DNA of 51,797 nucleotides from Minisyncoccota bacterium (lineage in GTDB: Bacteria > Patescibacteriota > JACMRA01): the NCBI GenBank assembly GCA_043778275.1, contig JAYWGL010000009.1, forward strand, positions 1-51,797. Direction: 5' to 3'. The notes below the pieces were generated by a model, which did no database searches, was not told the origin of the DNA, and saw nothing but the letters and a program-made list of their open reading frames with translations. Positions 26,706-34,349 of the stretch are shown here, one piece after another. The position numbers and the translations under genes were made by a program. Numbering within the stretch: the first letter of the stretch is position 1; each line of letters starts with the position of its first letter.

Positions 26706-27674
26706 ATGACCGAATCCACTTTTCGTACCCGCCAAGCTCCATCCCCAACTGGCTATCTACACCTAGGTACAGCTAGAACCGTCCTTTTTACAAAGTTAAT
26801 GGCAATGGTAAATAAAGGTAAGTGGTATATTAGACTAGATGACACTGATCAAAACCGCCTGAATCTCGAGGCAGTAACCCCTCTTCTTGGTGCACTTGAG
26901 ACTCTAGGTCTCGGAACAGACGAGGGTATTACCTTAGATCTAACTGATACTTACAGCCAAGAATATAATATCTACCAACAAGGTCAATATGGACCATATA
27001 TCCAATCCGAGCGATTACCAATTTACCAAGAACACGCCCAGAAAATGCTTGATAAAAAGCTCTGCTACTGGTCATACCTTACTCCAGAAGATCGTCAGGC
27101 TATCCAAGCTACCAAACAAACAACAAAACAAACAATTAACTGGTACCAAGAATCCAGCTCTAAGAACACAGATAAAGAAATCTACTCTAATGTAGTAACA
27201 GCTCTCCAAGATCCACGCAAGCCAGTCCTGCGATATAGATTACAAAGAAACAATACTCTAAAATGCCATGATGAACTCCTCGGCGATACCGAATTTGACC
27301 TTAATCTTTTAGAAGATCCAACCTTTCTCAAGAGTGATGGTTTCCCGAGTTACCACCTTGCCCACCTTATTGACGATCATCTAACTGAGGTCTCGATGAT
27401 AATTCGTTCCCAAGAATGGTACCCATCTTTCCCAATGCACACCCAAGGCTTTATCGATTATTGGGGGGTTGATAATTTACCAAAGTTTCTTCATCTTCCA
27501 TTCATCCTAGGAGCAACAGGTAACAAAAAAATGTCCAAGCGCGATGGCAATGTCAATATGCAAGATTACTTAAATAACGGCTTTTTGCCTGAGGCTATGA
27601 TTAATTACCTAGCCTTTCTTGGTTGGAACCCTGGGGGTGAGAAGGAGCTATTCCTGGAACAGGGGGATTTTTAG
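26706..27674 (+). CDS. gltX: glutamate--tRNA ligase, catalytic domain only (ends at an in-frame TAG; anticodon-binding half missing)
   Basis: HIGH region APSPTGYLHLGTARTVLF, KMSKS region KKMSKRDG, then NYLAFLGWNPG. The ORF stops 16 residues later at 322 aa, against ~470-500 aa normally. Confidence 0.8.
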   Translation: MTESTFRTRQAPSPTGYLHLGTARTVLFTKLMAMVNKGKWYIRLDDTDQNRLNLEAVTPLLGALETLGLGTDEGITLDLTDTYSQEYNIYQQGQYGPYIQSERLPIYQEHAQKMLDKKLCYWSYLTPEDRQAIQATKQTTKQTINWYQESSSKNTDKEIYSNVVTALQDPRKPVLRYRLQRNNTLKCHDELLGDTEFDLNLLEDPTFLKSDGFPSYHLAHLIDDHLTEVSMIIRSQEWYPSFPMHTQGFIDYWGVDNLPKFLHLPFILGATGNKKMSKRDGNVNMQDYLNNGFLPEAMINYLAFLGWNPGGEKELFLEQGDF

Positions 27675-27735
27675 ATTAACTTTCTATTTATGTCGCAATT
27701 AAGTCGATTTAAGAAAAAATATACCCACGAAGCTT

Positions 27736-27840
27736 TAACCCCCAAACTTCGTCTGACCCCTTTTCAAGGGGCATATTCAGGTGAGGTAAGTTTAAAAATA
27801 CCCCTCGAGGAGGGGTCGGCAGCCCAGCTGACGGGGGTTA
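27736..27840 (+). other. GC-rich three-helix structured element (possible ncRNA or REP/MITE-like element)
   Basis: Closing helix TAACCCCC (27736-43) / GGGGGTTA (27833-40). Hairpin CCCCTT-ttc-AAGGGG (27757-71). Hairpin ACCCCTC-gag-GAGGGGT (27800-16). The surrounding DNA is AT-rich. Confidence 0.4.
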
Positions 27841-27914
27841 TCAACAAGTCTGAAATCTTAAATTCAATTGGCTTGATAAAAGCTAACCCCAAACTTAATC
27901 CCCGATCCAAAAAA

Positions 27915-28247
27915 ATGTCTCGAGAGATGACTAAGTCTGAATCTCATATTTGGTTTAATTTACTTACTCGAAGGCAATTACTAGGGTATAAGTTCACTAA
28001 GCAGAAAATTGTTTTCAATTATATTTTAGATTTTTATTGCTCTGAATTACTTTTGGCTATTGAGATTGATGGAGAAAGTCACGCAAATCAATTAGATTAT
28101 GATAAAGCTCGGGATAGTTTTATGAATTCTATCGGAATCAGAACAATTCGAGTAACAAATGATGAAGTGTTAAATAACTTGGTAGGAGTAAAACTATTAC
28201 TTGAGAAGGATATCCAGAAGAGGCAAACAAATCTAAGCGACATCTAG
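27915..28247 (+). CDS. DUF559 / Vsr-like endonuclease-domain protein
   Basis: SESHIWFNLL.RRQLLGYKF.KQ..FNYILDFYC..LLLAIEIDGESH....YD..RD..MNSIGIRTIRV.NDEV is the DUF559 pattern. The open frame extends upstream to 27690 and, apart from one TAG, into gltX. Confidence 0.7.
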   Translation: MSREMTKSESHIWFNLLTRRQLLGYKFTKQKIVFNYILDFYCSELLLAIEIDGESHANQLDYDKARDSFMNSIGIRTIRVTNDEVLNNLVGVKLLLEKDIQKRQTNLSDI

Positions 28248-28906
28248 AGCTTAACAAGCTTCTCAAACACCCGTTTATCCCGAATACACGCCGAGTGCAG
28301 ATTGGGCAGCTTGATCAATGGGAAAAACTTGTTTTGGATTCTGTCCTTGACTCTAGTCGGGTTCTTTTGACGCCAGCCAACTTGCCCAGCTCGCAAATGA
28401 TAATTGATAATACTAGAGGAGAAAAGAGCTTGATCCCAATAACAATAATAATTTTCAATCAAAACCTCATTCTTCTTAAGAAGGCTATCTGGAATATGGC
28501 GACTTGAGTCAAAATCACCTTGCATCAAGATTATCCGCCCCAGGTTAGAATTAGGCATATATTTATCAAGTAGACTAAGTAACATCCGACAGCCAAGTGA
28601 ATGGCATATAATAACAGATGGGTTATAAAGATCTAAGAAATTATAGAGCTTTAGAAGGTTTGACTCAGACAGCGCTAATTCGACATCGTCTTGATATAGC
28701 TTGATATTCTCAATTGGATTCAGACTCTCCAGAATGCTAAGTTTTTTGTTGATACGCCAGTCGTAGAGAATTACCTCCCCGCTATCAATCCTATCTTGCA
28801 TTACTAAGAAACCGCCATTATCTATCGCTTCAGGCTTCATAATTAGCCCATCCAAGCCAGTTCCATAGCCGTGGATTAAGACAATTTTGGGTTTTGATTT
28901 GGTCAT
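28244..28906 (-). CDS. alpha/beta-hydrolase-fold protein (esterase/lipase-like)
   Basis: PKIVLIHGYGTG and the nucleophile elbow ICHSLGCRM. 220 aa. Confidence 0.6.
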   Translation of the reverse strand: MTKSKPKIVLIHGYGTGLDGLIMKPEAIDNGGFLVMQDRIDSGEVILYDWRINKKLSILESLNPIENIKLYQDDVELALSESNLLKLYNFLDLYNPSVIICHSLGCRMLLSLLDKYMPNSNLGRIILMQGDFDSSRHIPDSLLKKNEVLIENYYCYWDQALFSSSIINYHLRAGQVGWRQKNPTRVKDRIQNKFFPLIKLPNLHSACIRDKRVFEKLVKL

Positions 28907-28914
28907 ATACTTGG

Positions 28915-28943
28915 ATTATTTTTGGTTTTTTCTTGGTTGTAAA
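28915..28943 (-). promoter_or_regulatory. sigma70-like promoter TTTACA-N17-AATAAT, 8 nt from ATG (leaderless geometry)
   Basis: The minus strand reads TTTACA accaagaaaaaaccaaa AATAAT ccaagtat ATG. Confidence 0.4.
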
Positions 28944-29029
28944 GAGTCCTAATAAATTCTAAATATCTTGTAACTCATACTTATTTTCTTTGACAGATAT
29001 AATAACTAGCAGTAATAGTAAGTCAAAAT

Positions 29030-29800
29030 ATGACTACAAACAAAACCCCTTTTCTCCAAAAATACAAAAAATATTTAATCTTAACAGGTTTTTTAGCTGT
29101 TTTAGTTTTTAATTCTTACCTTTTTTGGGGGATTTCTGTTGGAGTAGCGAGTTACTATGTCTATAAATACTGTCAAAAACACCCTTCAATTAACCAAGTT
29201 TTGACTGGAGTCTTAACGACCGTAAGCCTAATTGTCGGTTTTTTTGGATTTGGGATGGTGGCACTAGCCTCAGAAACTATCAAAGGTGGTGGTCAAACAG
29301 CAGTCCGAACAGAGATAAAAAAAGAAGAACCAAAACAGGCAGAGTCAAAATCCGAAGTCAAAACTAAAGAGCAAGAAGCATCAGAAATAGCCAAAAAAGA
29401 CAAAGAGGCAACGGCACAAAAAGAAATAAATGACGAAAAAGAAACTAATTTTAAGAAGCAGTCCTTGGAACTCGAAAATGCCAAAAAAACCATAGTAGAA
29501 CTTGAATCTCAACTAAAAGAAGCTCGTACCACAATTAAAAATTTCCAAACTCCCAGCGAAGCCAAACCCGAAAAATTAGCCCAAAAACCTGACCCAATCC
29601 CAATTATCATAACTCCCCCAGCTCAAACAACACAAACAAATATAACCCCAACCCCAAAACAAGAAACCCAACCAACTCAAGGTTATGTCGAAGGTACTTG
29701 CAAATATTTGAAGACTTTGGGCTTAGCAAGGTTCCAACCAGGAGATGCTAATTACACAGCCAAAAGAGATGGTGACGGTGATGGAATTGCCTGCGAGTAG
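29030..29800 (+). CDS. membrane protein with C-terminal Excalibur calcium-binding domain
   Basis: N-terminal TM helices and a Lys/Glu-rich coiled segment. The C-terminal KRDGDGDGIACE matches the Excalibur DxDxDGxxCE motif. Confidence 0.7.
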   Translation: MTTNKTPFLQKYKKYLILTGFLAVLVFNSYLFWGISVGVASYYVYKYCQKHPSINQVLTGVLTTVSLIVGFFGFGMVALASETIKGGGQTAVRTEIKKEEPKQAESKSEVKTKEQEASEIAKKDKEATAQKEINDEKETNFKKQSLELENAKKTIVELESQLKEARTTIKNFQTPSEAKPEKLAQKPDPIPIIITPPAQTTQTNITPTPKQETQPTQGYVEGTCKYLKTLGLARFQPGDANYTAKRDGDGDGIACE

Positions 29801-29821
29801 GGTCTTAATTATTGACAAGCA

Positions 29822-29830
29822 TGATATAAT
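29822..29830 (+). promoter_or_regulatory. extended -10 promoter element (TGaTATAAT)
   Basis: TG at 29822-23 and TATAAT at 29825-30, 21 nt upstream of the ATG at 29852. Confidence 0.45.
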
Positions 29831-29851
29831 CATTAACAGGTATGGTCATAT

Positions 29852-30667
29852 ATGTCGCAACCCACTTTCCTCAATAAAGATATTAAAATCGATCCTAATT
29901 GGTTCAAAACAACACTAATGTATGCATTTTTTTCTGCATTTCTGTTTTTTATTGTATTTATATTTGATTGGACTCAAATCGCAAGTTTTTGGGAAAATAA
30001 CTGGGATAAGTTAATCGCTTCTCTTGGATCTATCGCAACTGCAATTGCAGTCGGAATAACAAGTTATGACTTACAAAAAAGATACAAGTTTGAAAAAAAC
30101 AAGTTTGAATTTGAATCAGATGCTTTTATCGTAATAGATCCTATAAACTATAATACTGGGAATAGTTATATGTTAATGGAGATTAATGAAAAAAATGAAA
30201 AAGAGATTATTAAATCACCTATATATAATCTTATCTCTATAAACAATTCTAAATTTTGTTTCCAGAATAACGGAGGTATGGCAAAAAATATTGAGATTTC
30301 TGTTTCTAATAAACCGAGTTTCTCAGATTCTGCCGCTATGATTACAAATTTTATTTCTAAGATGGGTAATAAAGACTCTTTAATGTTTTCTACAAAATAT
30401 TTTGATAAACATCGGAAAGATATAATTGACTGGAAAGAAAACTTTTATATTCAAATTAAATATGAAAATATGTATAATCGAAATATAACTATAGAAAAAT
30501 ACTTTGCTAAAGTTCAACTGGTAACAATTCTTAGAGACTTATATGTATATAATCAAACCACAAAAGTAGTCACTGAAATAAAAAATCAAGAGTCGTCAGA
30601 GTTTTATATTTCAATTATAAATGAAATAGATAGTCACAAAAATACCTCCCAAGCGGAAGGTAGTTAA
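29852..30667 (+). CDS. AT-rich orphan membrane protein at the prophage edge (possible moron)
   Basis: 271-aa ORF with two N-terminal TM helices and an Asn/Lys/Ile-rich soluble domain. It is visibly lower in GC than both flanks and is oriented opposite to the phage genes. Confidence 0.5.
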   Translation: MSQPTFLNKDIKIDPNWFKTTLMYAFFSAFLFFIVFIFDWTQIASFWENNWDKLIASLGSIATAIAVGITSYDLQKRYKFEKNKFEFESDAFIVIDPINYNTGNSYMLMEINEKNEKEIIKSPIYNLISINNSKFCFQNNGGMAKNIEISVSNKPSFSDSAAMITNFISKMGNKDSLMFSTKYFDKHRKDIIDWKENFYIQIKYENMYNRNITIEKYFAKVQLVTILRDLYVYNQTTKVVTEIKNQESSEFYISIINEIDSHKNTSQAEGS

Positions 30668-30744
30668 AATCGAATTATGGTGGACTAATCGAGACTAAAT
30701 CCGCACTCTTCATTTATTTTCCAACTATCGAAATTAGATATGAT

Positions 30745-30766
30745 TTGGTCAGGGTTTTGAGACCAA
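30745..30766 (-). terminator. hairpin immediately downstream of the tail-fibre gene
   Basis: TTGGTC / GACCAA stem with a 10-nt loop, 5 nt after the minus-strand stop. No clear T-run. Confidence 0.3.
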
Positions 30767-30770
30767 GAAA

Positions 30771-33700
30771 TCAAATCTCTCGTACTGTAATGAGCTGACT
30801 TTGATTCTCGCCTTCACTGACGGTTTCAACTCCAATTACTGTGCAAGTAAGAGTTTTATCCTCACGGTTTTTAACCCTAACTACCAATCCTATTTCAACA
30901 CTTGGATCGTAAATTAATTTAACTTGAAAGATTTCTTTTTCTGATGAAAAATTATTGATTAGCTCTTGATATAACCCCGCTGGTTTCATTTCAAAAGTAG
31001 TAGAGTCAGCCACAATATAGGCATATTTACTGTCAATTGGGTAATTGTGGACTCCATTAGTTCTGATTGAAGTTTCACTGGATAGAGTTAAGCTATCAAT
31101 TACATTTGGTATCTTGTACACAGAGAAGCCAATCATTGAACCAAGTAAAGCTAATTCTATATCTATATCGTAGGTATTTTCATTCGATATTTTAATCTCA
31201 ATTTTTGACCCTACCTTTTTTGAGTACATATAGATACCCTGTCCACCGCTTGGTAGATTTGAATAAGGCTCAGTGTACAGTGTTATAAAGTTGCCAATTA
31301 TCAACCCTTGGGAATAAGCTGATAAGTAGCCCATTTTTTCAGATTGGTTGTAACTGTCAATGTCAATAGTACGAGTTAAAAATTCACCAGCTTTAAGTCC
31401 TATTGACTGATCCAGTTTAAGAATATAATTAGAAAATTGATCTTGATATCGTTGAATATATAGTTGATTGTATAGCTTATTTGACCCCGTGCTTTGGGTG
31501 TAACCTTTAGACTCAATCATATTTGTTGGGATAATATACGGGGCTGGTAGGGTTGACCCCGTAGAATATAGTTTGTAGAAGTTGCGTGCCTCAAGCTTAT
31601 TTGTTTGGTGGTTGTAAGTTAAAATTCCAAAGACTGGATCTAACAACCTATCAATAATATCACCAACAGTATCTGTAGCTAAAATATGGAAATAATTTAA
31701 ATTTGTGATATACTGATCTGTACTGCTTGCAACCGTCCCTGATAGATTTGCAGTATCTTGCGGGCTTAATAAATCTAGGTCAATATCGTATAAGTTAGGA
31801 TTACAAGAAAACACAAAATTAAGAACTTTCTTGAGAAAATAGCTAAAATATAGCCTTTTATTATTACCTGGAAATAATCCCTCCTGTGCCGTTATATAGG
31901 TTACAGAGTCCCGACCCTTTAGCCAACTTGGCAAGCTTCCAAAGGTTCGCGTCCTTACTTTGGTAAGGTAAGATTGGTAATCAAGGCTAAAATCATCATT
32001 ATTAAGATTTCTTTGTGAGATAATACCCTCGCTTACTGTCGAGGTGTAATAGGTTAATTCATCATCAGAACTAACAGAATTACCCAAAGTAATAACCTGA
32101 TTTTTAGTTAATTCTAGGTCGGTTTTATAATTCTTAGTTAATTCTAGGTTTGAATAATAACAATCGACCGTCATTGTTGGTAGGCACTTTGTAATTATCA
32201 CGGCAAAAGCCATATCAGACCAAATTCCTGTCCCAATGAACGAAGATTTTGGAATTTTAATCTTTACCGTTTGGTTTGATACAACCGTATTAATTGACTG
32301 ATCAAAAGATGCTCGTTTAGTAGCTGCAGTAATAAAGTGTTCAAATCTGATAAAACAAGTGGTTAAATCTAACTTGCTTACATCAGTGCAGAAAAACATC
32401 ATCGAGATATAGTCATTATCATCAGATAGATAAGTCGTTGGTTCAACTTGATTTGTCAGATTAAATGATCCTGGACTGTTAATATTACTTCCAGTAGTTG
32501 GATGTAACATTCTAATTAGTACTCTATCAGTTGTAGAAGTACTACTCGCAATAACTTTTCGACCATAACTAAAATTAGCAGGTATTTGACTTTCTTGAGT
32601 CACATTGAAACTTAGGCTTCCAGTATTTGGCGTTGACCAAGGTTCAGGTGAGATACCGGTAAAGAGAGTTTTTTGAAAAATATCTTGAAATTCTACCGTT
32701 GATGACTCATCCGCTAGCCCCCTAAAATCTTTTAATGTCTCTTTTCGACTGTACGAGGTGATTGGTGCATAACTAAGGCAAGTATGAGTAATAGCTGGAA
32801 TAAGAGCAGGTAGGCTAAATGTGGTTGTTGTTGTAAAACTTCCCACTGTTTGGTGTAATCTCTGTAAATATTGTTCCATTTGAGTAATTTCAACAGTGCT
32901 TAAGACGGAATCAGAGATCAAAACTTCTCTAATAGTTCCGTTGTGATGGGTGGCTGTTGAACTGTTTGTGATTATTTGGCTAAGGCTTGCTCCAAGTACC
33001 AAAACATTATTTGCAAATCCACCGTTGAAGTTGGTTGTTTGAGCCGTACCGCTATTTATTTTTGTGATTATCTGAGTCCCTGAATATTGAACCATTATCA
33101 AGTTATCTACATTTTGCGTTAGGCTTGTTGTGTGAGTATGGATCACGAATCTTGCAACTTTACTAACAATTACTTGATTATTTTCTATTTTAACCTCAAT
33201 GTCATCAGCTTTACCACCTATTATAGTGTTGTTTGTATTGTCGAGATGCTTTGCAACAATAAAGATTGTTCTAATTCCAAAACTTAGCGATTTATTCTCA
33301 TCAAGCAAGTTCTGAGTTGGAAAGTAAGCCTTATTGAATTTGATTACCTCATAAGTAGCTCCAAGAGTTCCACCAGTAAAGCCAACCTCATCAGCCTTAG
33401 TTATATTTGCTTTGGCTGCATTGACCCCACCCCACCATTGGTCATATTCAATCTTTTTACCTTGATCAAGATATCGACTATCATTGAATCCAACTCGAAT
33501 CTGATCATAAATATTCCTATCCAGTTTTGGACAGAATCGAGCGGTTATCTTGTTGCTTGAGATAGTAATTGGGGGTTCGGATACTTTTGATAATCCCGGG
33601 TTACCAAATTCCAAAAAGAAAGTTCTTGATCCAGTCCAAGCAGTGCCAAAGTTTATCACCAAACTAGTATTGAACTTCGTGTTTGGGGCTTCGAGGCTAA

Positions 33701-33962
33701 AGGCAAGTGGACTTGTACCGTTAGAATCAAATACCCTCAAAGAATTATACGAAAATTCAACCTGACCCGCTTTATGTAGAGCTTCAGTGTCCCAGCTAAT
33801 GATTGGAACCTTTGAGCTTATACCATCACCAGCCAAAGTGCAAGTAATCCGCCAAATATTATTTGACTGTTGATTAGAATTTTGGCTGTAAGTATCAGCA
33901 ATTCTTACATTTGGACTTACTGTCTTAACCGGTAATTGAAAATCTGCGATAGTAGAGGGCAT
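30771..33962 (-). CDS. phage tail fibre / host-specificity protein with LamG-like domain
   Basis: 1063 aa and the last gene of the tail module. The segment ending GTIREVLISDSVLSTVEITQMEQYLQ resembles the C-terminal signature of LamG/concanavalin-like domains in phage fibres. Confidence 0.55.
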   Translation of the reverse strand: MPSTIADFQLPVKTVSPNVRIADTYSQNSNQQSNNIWRITCTLAGDGISSKVPIISWDTEALHKAGQVEFSYNSLRVFDSNGTSPLAFSLEAPNTKFNTSLVINFGTAWTGSRTFFLEFGNPGLSKVSEPPITISSNKITARFCPKLDRNIYDQIRVGFNDSRYLDQGKKIEYDQWWGGVNAAKANITKADEVGFTGGTLGATYEVIKFNKAYFPTQNLLDENKSLSFGIRTIFIVAKHLDNTNNTIIGGKADDIEVKIENNQVIVSKVARFVIHTHTTSLTQNVDNLIMVQYSGTQIITKINSGTAQTTNFNGGFANNVLVLGASLSQIITNSSTATHHNGTIREVLISDSVLSTVEITQMEQYLQRLHQTVGSFTTTTTFSLPALIPAITHTCLSYAPITSYSRKETLKDFRGLADESSTVEFQDIFQKTLFTGISPEPWSTPNTGSLSFNVTQESQIPANFSYGRKVIASSTSTTDRVLIRMLHPTTGSNINSPGSFNLTNQVEPTTYLSDDNDYISMMFFCTDVSKLDLTTCFIRFEHFITAATKRASFDQSINTVVSNQTVKIKIPKSSFIGTGIWSDMAFAVIITKCLPTMTVDCYYSNLELTKNYKTDLELTKNQVITLGNSVSSDDELTYYTSTVSEGIISQRNLNNDDFSLDYQSYLTKVRTRTFGSLPSWLKGRDSVTYITAQEGLFPGNNKRLYFSYFLKKVLNFVFSCNPNLYDIDLDLLSPQDTANLSGTVASSTDQYITNLNYFHILATDTVGDIIDRLLDPVFGILTYNHQTNKLEARNFYKLYSTGSTLPAPYIIPTNMIESKGYTQSTGSNKLYNQLYIQRYQDQFSNYILKLDQSIGLKAGEFLTRTIDIDSYNQSEKMGYLSAYSQGLIIGNFITLYTEPYSNLPSGGQGIYMYSKKVGSKIEIKISNENTYDIDIELALLGSMIGFSVYKIPNVIDSLTLSSETSIRTNGVHNYPIDSKYAYIVADSTTFEMKPAGLYQELINNFSSEKEIFQVKLIYDPSVEIGLVVRVKNREDKTLTCTVIGVETVSEGENQSQLITVREI

Positions 33963-33964
33963 AA

Positions 33965-34348
33965 TTAGAGTTCACGGATATATAAGTTAAAATCATAGAG
34001 AATCGTGTTATCAAAAGCTACGGTTGGGGTTACACTATCCTCAAGTCTGAAATAACAATAACCCTCAAAGAGTTTGGTTGATCCAAAACCTGTAATTTCT
34101 ACCCAAAAAACCCTTGTCTGATCGTAGAGTTGAAAAGTGACTAAATCAAGGTGTTTGACATCGTGATATTGAAGAGTAATCAATCTTTTTGACCTACCTA
34201 GTGCTGATATATTGTAGGCACCTCCAACGGTCTCTTTTTCCTTGACTTTCTTGGCTTGGGCAATGCTAATACCTCCCTTAGTTATATAGTGTGGTAAAAT
34301 GGCAAGATTTGCTGGGTTTGTTCCTATTTTAACTAGTATATCAGACAT
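33965..34348 (-). CDS. phage minor/distal tail protein (positional call)
   Basis: 127-aa ORF between the tape measure and tail fibre genes. Confidence 0.35.
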   Translation of the reverse strand: MSDILVKIGTNPANLAILPHYITKGGISIAQAKKVKEKETVGGAYNISALGRSKRLITLQYHDVKHLDLVTFQLYDQTRVFWVEITGFGSTKLFEGYCYFRLEDSVTPTVAFDNTILYDFNLYIREL

Positions 34349-34349
34349 A

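Noticed and set aside
27672-27674. In-frame TAG as programmed recoding (pyrrolysine or readthrough), or a sign of an alternative genetic code.
   Set aside because: TAG and TGA both terminate many well-supported ORFs here (for example dnaB ends in TAG and the PH-domain gene in TGA). No pyl genes are visible. A mutation, insertion junction or sequencing error is more parsimonious.
27675-27914. Reading the 80 codons after the TAG as a degenerate remnant of the GluRS anticodon-binding domain.
   Set aside because: Only a vague resemblance (…LSRFKKK…PKLRL…G.Y) to the GluRS F.L.RVSKS..FD..KL.WLN..Y segment. It is not convincing by eye, and the region is better explained by the GC-rich hairpin element.
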